The translations under genes and the position numbers were made by a program. Source: Selaginella moellendorffii (taxonomy: Eukaryota; Plantae; Lycopodiophyta). From it: 64,000 nt of DNA. The notes under the pieces are model-generated. The model saw nothing but the letters and a program-made list of their open reading frames with translations. It did not search any database and had not been told where the DNA came from. The stretch spans positions 1 through 64,000 of the forward strand of contig NW_003314333.1 of the NCBI RefSeq assembly GCF_000143415.4. Reading direction: 5' to 3'. The first letter of the stretch is position 1. Each line of letters starts with the position of its first letter. Shown in pieces: positions 61,524 through 64,000 of this stretch.

Positions 61524-64000
61524 CCAAAAACCAAGTGCTAGGACTTAGAAACTCAAAGGCTGAGCGTTTGAGCTGTTAGATCTGTACGATCCAACGGTGG
61601 AGGATCCAACAGCCAGGACTCTCTCGAGTCGGACTACATAATTCAGGTCCGAGCAGTGAAGGCAAACTTTCACCCATGAGATATAACGCTGTCAGAGGTC
61701 ACGCAGCACCTTCCAGATTTTCATCCCAGTGACTCCGTCATCCAAACACACACCTTCCAGGTCGTACAGATTCAATCTGCCGTGAAGCTTTGGCAGAAGT
61801 GAGGCAGATAGGAAATCTGCACGATTCGCAAAAGCGGAGCTTAGCACTTCATAGAATACGCACCAGTCGCGCAGTGTAAGCTCTCATATAAGAGGACACA
61901 GCTTAGAGGAGCTGTAAATCCCGTGTTCCCACCATGCATCCAAGGCTTGAATCAGAAACATGTATCTGTTCGTGAAATATAAAACGCGAGTGCTTCGAGA
62001 CGACAATAGCGTGCTGTGCTTATGCACCAGCCATCTGCAAAATTCAACGTTTAAGCAAGGAAAACAAAAATTCCAGAAAATAGTATAGTCAGGAGGCACG
62101 TACCTTGGTAAGTTGGCTTGACTTGAGCCGACGAATTTCTCCCACAGACAGTCTGATGAACACAGAGCGTACCAGTGCTTGCAAACTTGTCTTGATGAAG
62201 ATAAGTCTCTCGCCGTCATTGACGTAAAGACACCTCGTCTGGGATAGCGGAGATTGGACTCTGGTTGGAGCTCCCAGTTGCGCCCAGTCGAGTTTGTGCG
62301 AGCGTTGCACAGACTCGTCCTTGAGCTTGTTTTCTTCTGGAGTGTGTAAAGAAAGCCACAAGAGTGACCACAGAGCCGGCCGCTTCTGATCCTGGTGAAT
62401 TTCAACAAACGAAAATGTGATGCCTGGACTCGGGATCTCTTTCTCAGGAACTCCCCGAGGATCGCATTCCTTACCGCTGCTCGCATCCGACTTTCTCAGC
62501 ATCGTCTCCAGGAGTGGAATCTGGTTCACCACTTCCAGCTGTACCGGGCCTTCTTGGAAGCAAGTTAATGTGAAGATTACGTCTGTCGGAAGATGGTCTG
62601 TGACTGGCGAGTAGAACTTGTACACAGGCCAACCTGCAGAGACGTAGAACAAAAGAAAGAATACCAGATGAATTCCATCAGCAGCAGTGTTGGTGACCCG
62701 GACTCGGTACGTTTTACCTCCATTCCTGCGTAAGGAGTGAACGATTCGAACAGACTTGTCAAGGAACGGCTCCGTTTCTTCACTTCGAGCGTTGGAACCC
62801 GTTTCATTAGAGCCGCCGGTGTTCCTGTCTAAGGATATTGACAGGATAAACACTAGTGACAGAGAGAACCATTCAGTAGCATGTACAGAGATTACCTCCC
62901 TGGTCGAGGGTAAAACTGTGATATGTGGACCTGTGGGAACGTGTACTCTCGTATTAGTTCCATGATCCTGTCAAAATCCTCTGATGTTTCTCCTGACAAG
63001 GATAAAAGCTCAATAAGATACAATCTTTTTCATGCATGCGAGTGTACCTGGAAATCCACAGATAATATCTGTAGCGATATGAATCTCCGGGACTAGTCTT
63101 GTGAGAGTATCCACAATTTTTCTAAACTCGGAAAACGTGTACTCCCTCTTCATGCCCTGAAGAACACAGAAAACAGCTTACAGAGACAAAACAATCACCC
63201 AGAACATCGGTACCTCCAACACCGAGTCCCTTCCAGATTGAACCAGAACATGAAGGAACGAATACACGCAGGGGTGACAGCCATTTCCTCCAGATGCTGT
63301 AAGATGTAGATTCGGAGCATTGTACTTCTGTCTATGAGGAAGCGCGGCAACTAAAGCACGTAGAAGCGCTGGTATATTTGCTCCAATGTCTCGTCCTGTA
63401 GTGCAAAGAAAGAAAAAAGTAAATAAAAAATGCCAGCTTGAAACAGATAACCATAACCGTAAGCTCCAGTGTCGCCATATCTCCTTCACACCTTCAGACA
63501 CCACGGTTTTCAATCTTTGCACCTGTAGATAAAGCTCAGTAACAGAGAAAAGAAACTGGCGAAGGTCCTTACTAGTGCGTCTACTGTGTAGCTGCCAAGA
63601 TACCCGCAAGCATGCTTCGTCTTGCAGTATGTGCAAGCACCCAAGCAGCCAACGTTGATAGCCATGATCTTGACAAACTTGTTCCTACGAACCTGAAAAC
63701 ACAACAGCAAAAGAGATTATAAACTTTTGGCAAATCAAGAGACGGTAAAGCATCCCGTCGACCCAGCCAGGCCTCGTGGCCTTTCAAAGTCTCCCCTGCT
63801 GTATTTGCTGCACTCCGATGACGCTGACGGCTTCGAGATCTTTTAAACCCTGAGGAACGCATCCAGCTATCCACCAAGGGAATAGAGGCCGCTTTGCCTT
63901 TATGTATCAGTGTTTCCATTGTTGGAGCTTTCACAGTACACCTGTGAATAAAACAGCAGCAACAATTGATCCAGCTTAAGATTCTTCCTTCTGATACTGA
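61524..64000 (-). pseudogene. Right arm of inverted duplication: CDKAL1/MtaB-type pseudogene (~62520-64000) and F-box-like fragment
   Basis: Reverse complement of 35293-37797; [16 protein letters not shown] at 63510-63710. Confidence 0.92.

Noticed and set aside
59300-61541. Numerous overlapping 60-150 aa ORFs
   Set aside because: They arise from GC-rich satellite and low-complexity DNA and show no recognisable domain.

Overview
Eukaryotic plant DNA, most likely a lycophyte such as Selaginella. This is inferred from the 44-90 nt GT-AG introns, TTTAGGG telomeric repeats, PLS-class PPR fragments, a Crinkler-type NTPase gene and a Penelope-like RT. The window is a transposon-rich block with few host genes: the 3' part of an EF-hand protein gene (1-2201), an apparently intact coiled-coil/P-loop NTPase/restriction-endonuclease-like gene (32.3-35.0 kb, minus), and duplicated pseudogenes (MOT1-type molybdate transporter + PPR as a direct duplication; CDKAL1/MtaB-type methylthiotransferase + F-box as an inverted duplication). 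Mobile DNA includes 5S-rRNA-bearing Cassandra-type TRIMs, a MITE, nested solo LTRs, a near-complete self-priming chromovirus with a GGGAAAC -1 frameshift site, three L1-clade LINE families, and a Penelope-like RT fragment with a downstream minimal hammerhead ribozyme. The most striking structure is a perfect 48-bp (TTTAGGG)n(CCCTAAA)n palindrome at 51924-51971. It caps two independently truncated LINE pieces and lies inside a large inverted duplication (35.3-37.8 kb vs 61.5-64 kb), the signature expected of an end-to-end chromosome fusion. A second novelty candidate is a LINE family without poly(A) that has the same sequence at both ends, recurrently forms fold-back insertions, and has donated the stop codon of the EF-hand gene. 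All calls come from reading the sequence by eye; no database searches were run.
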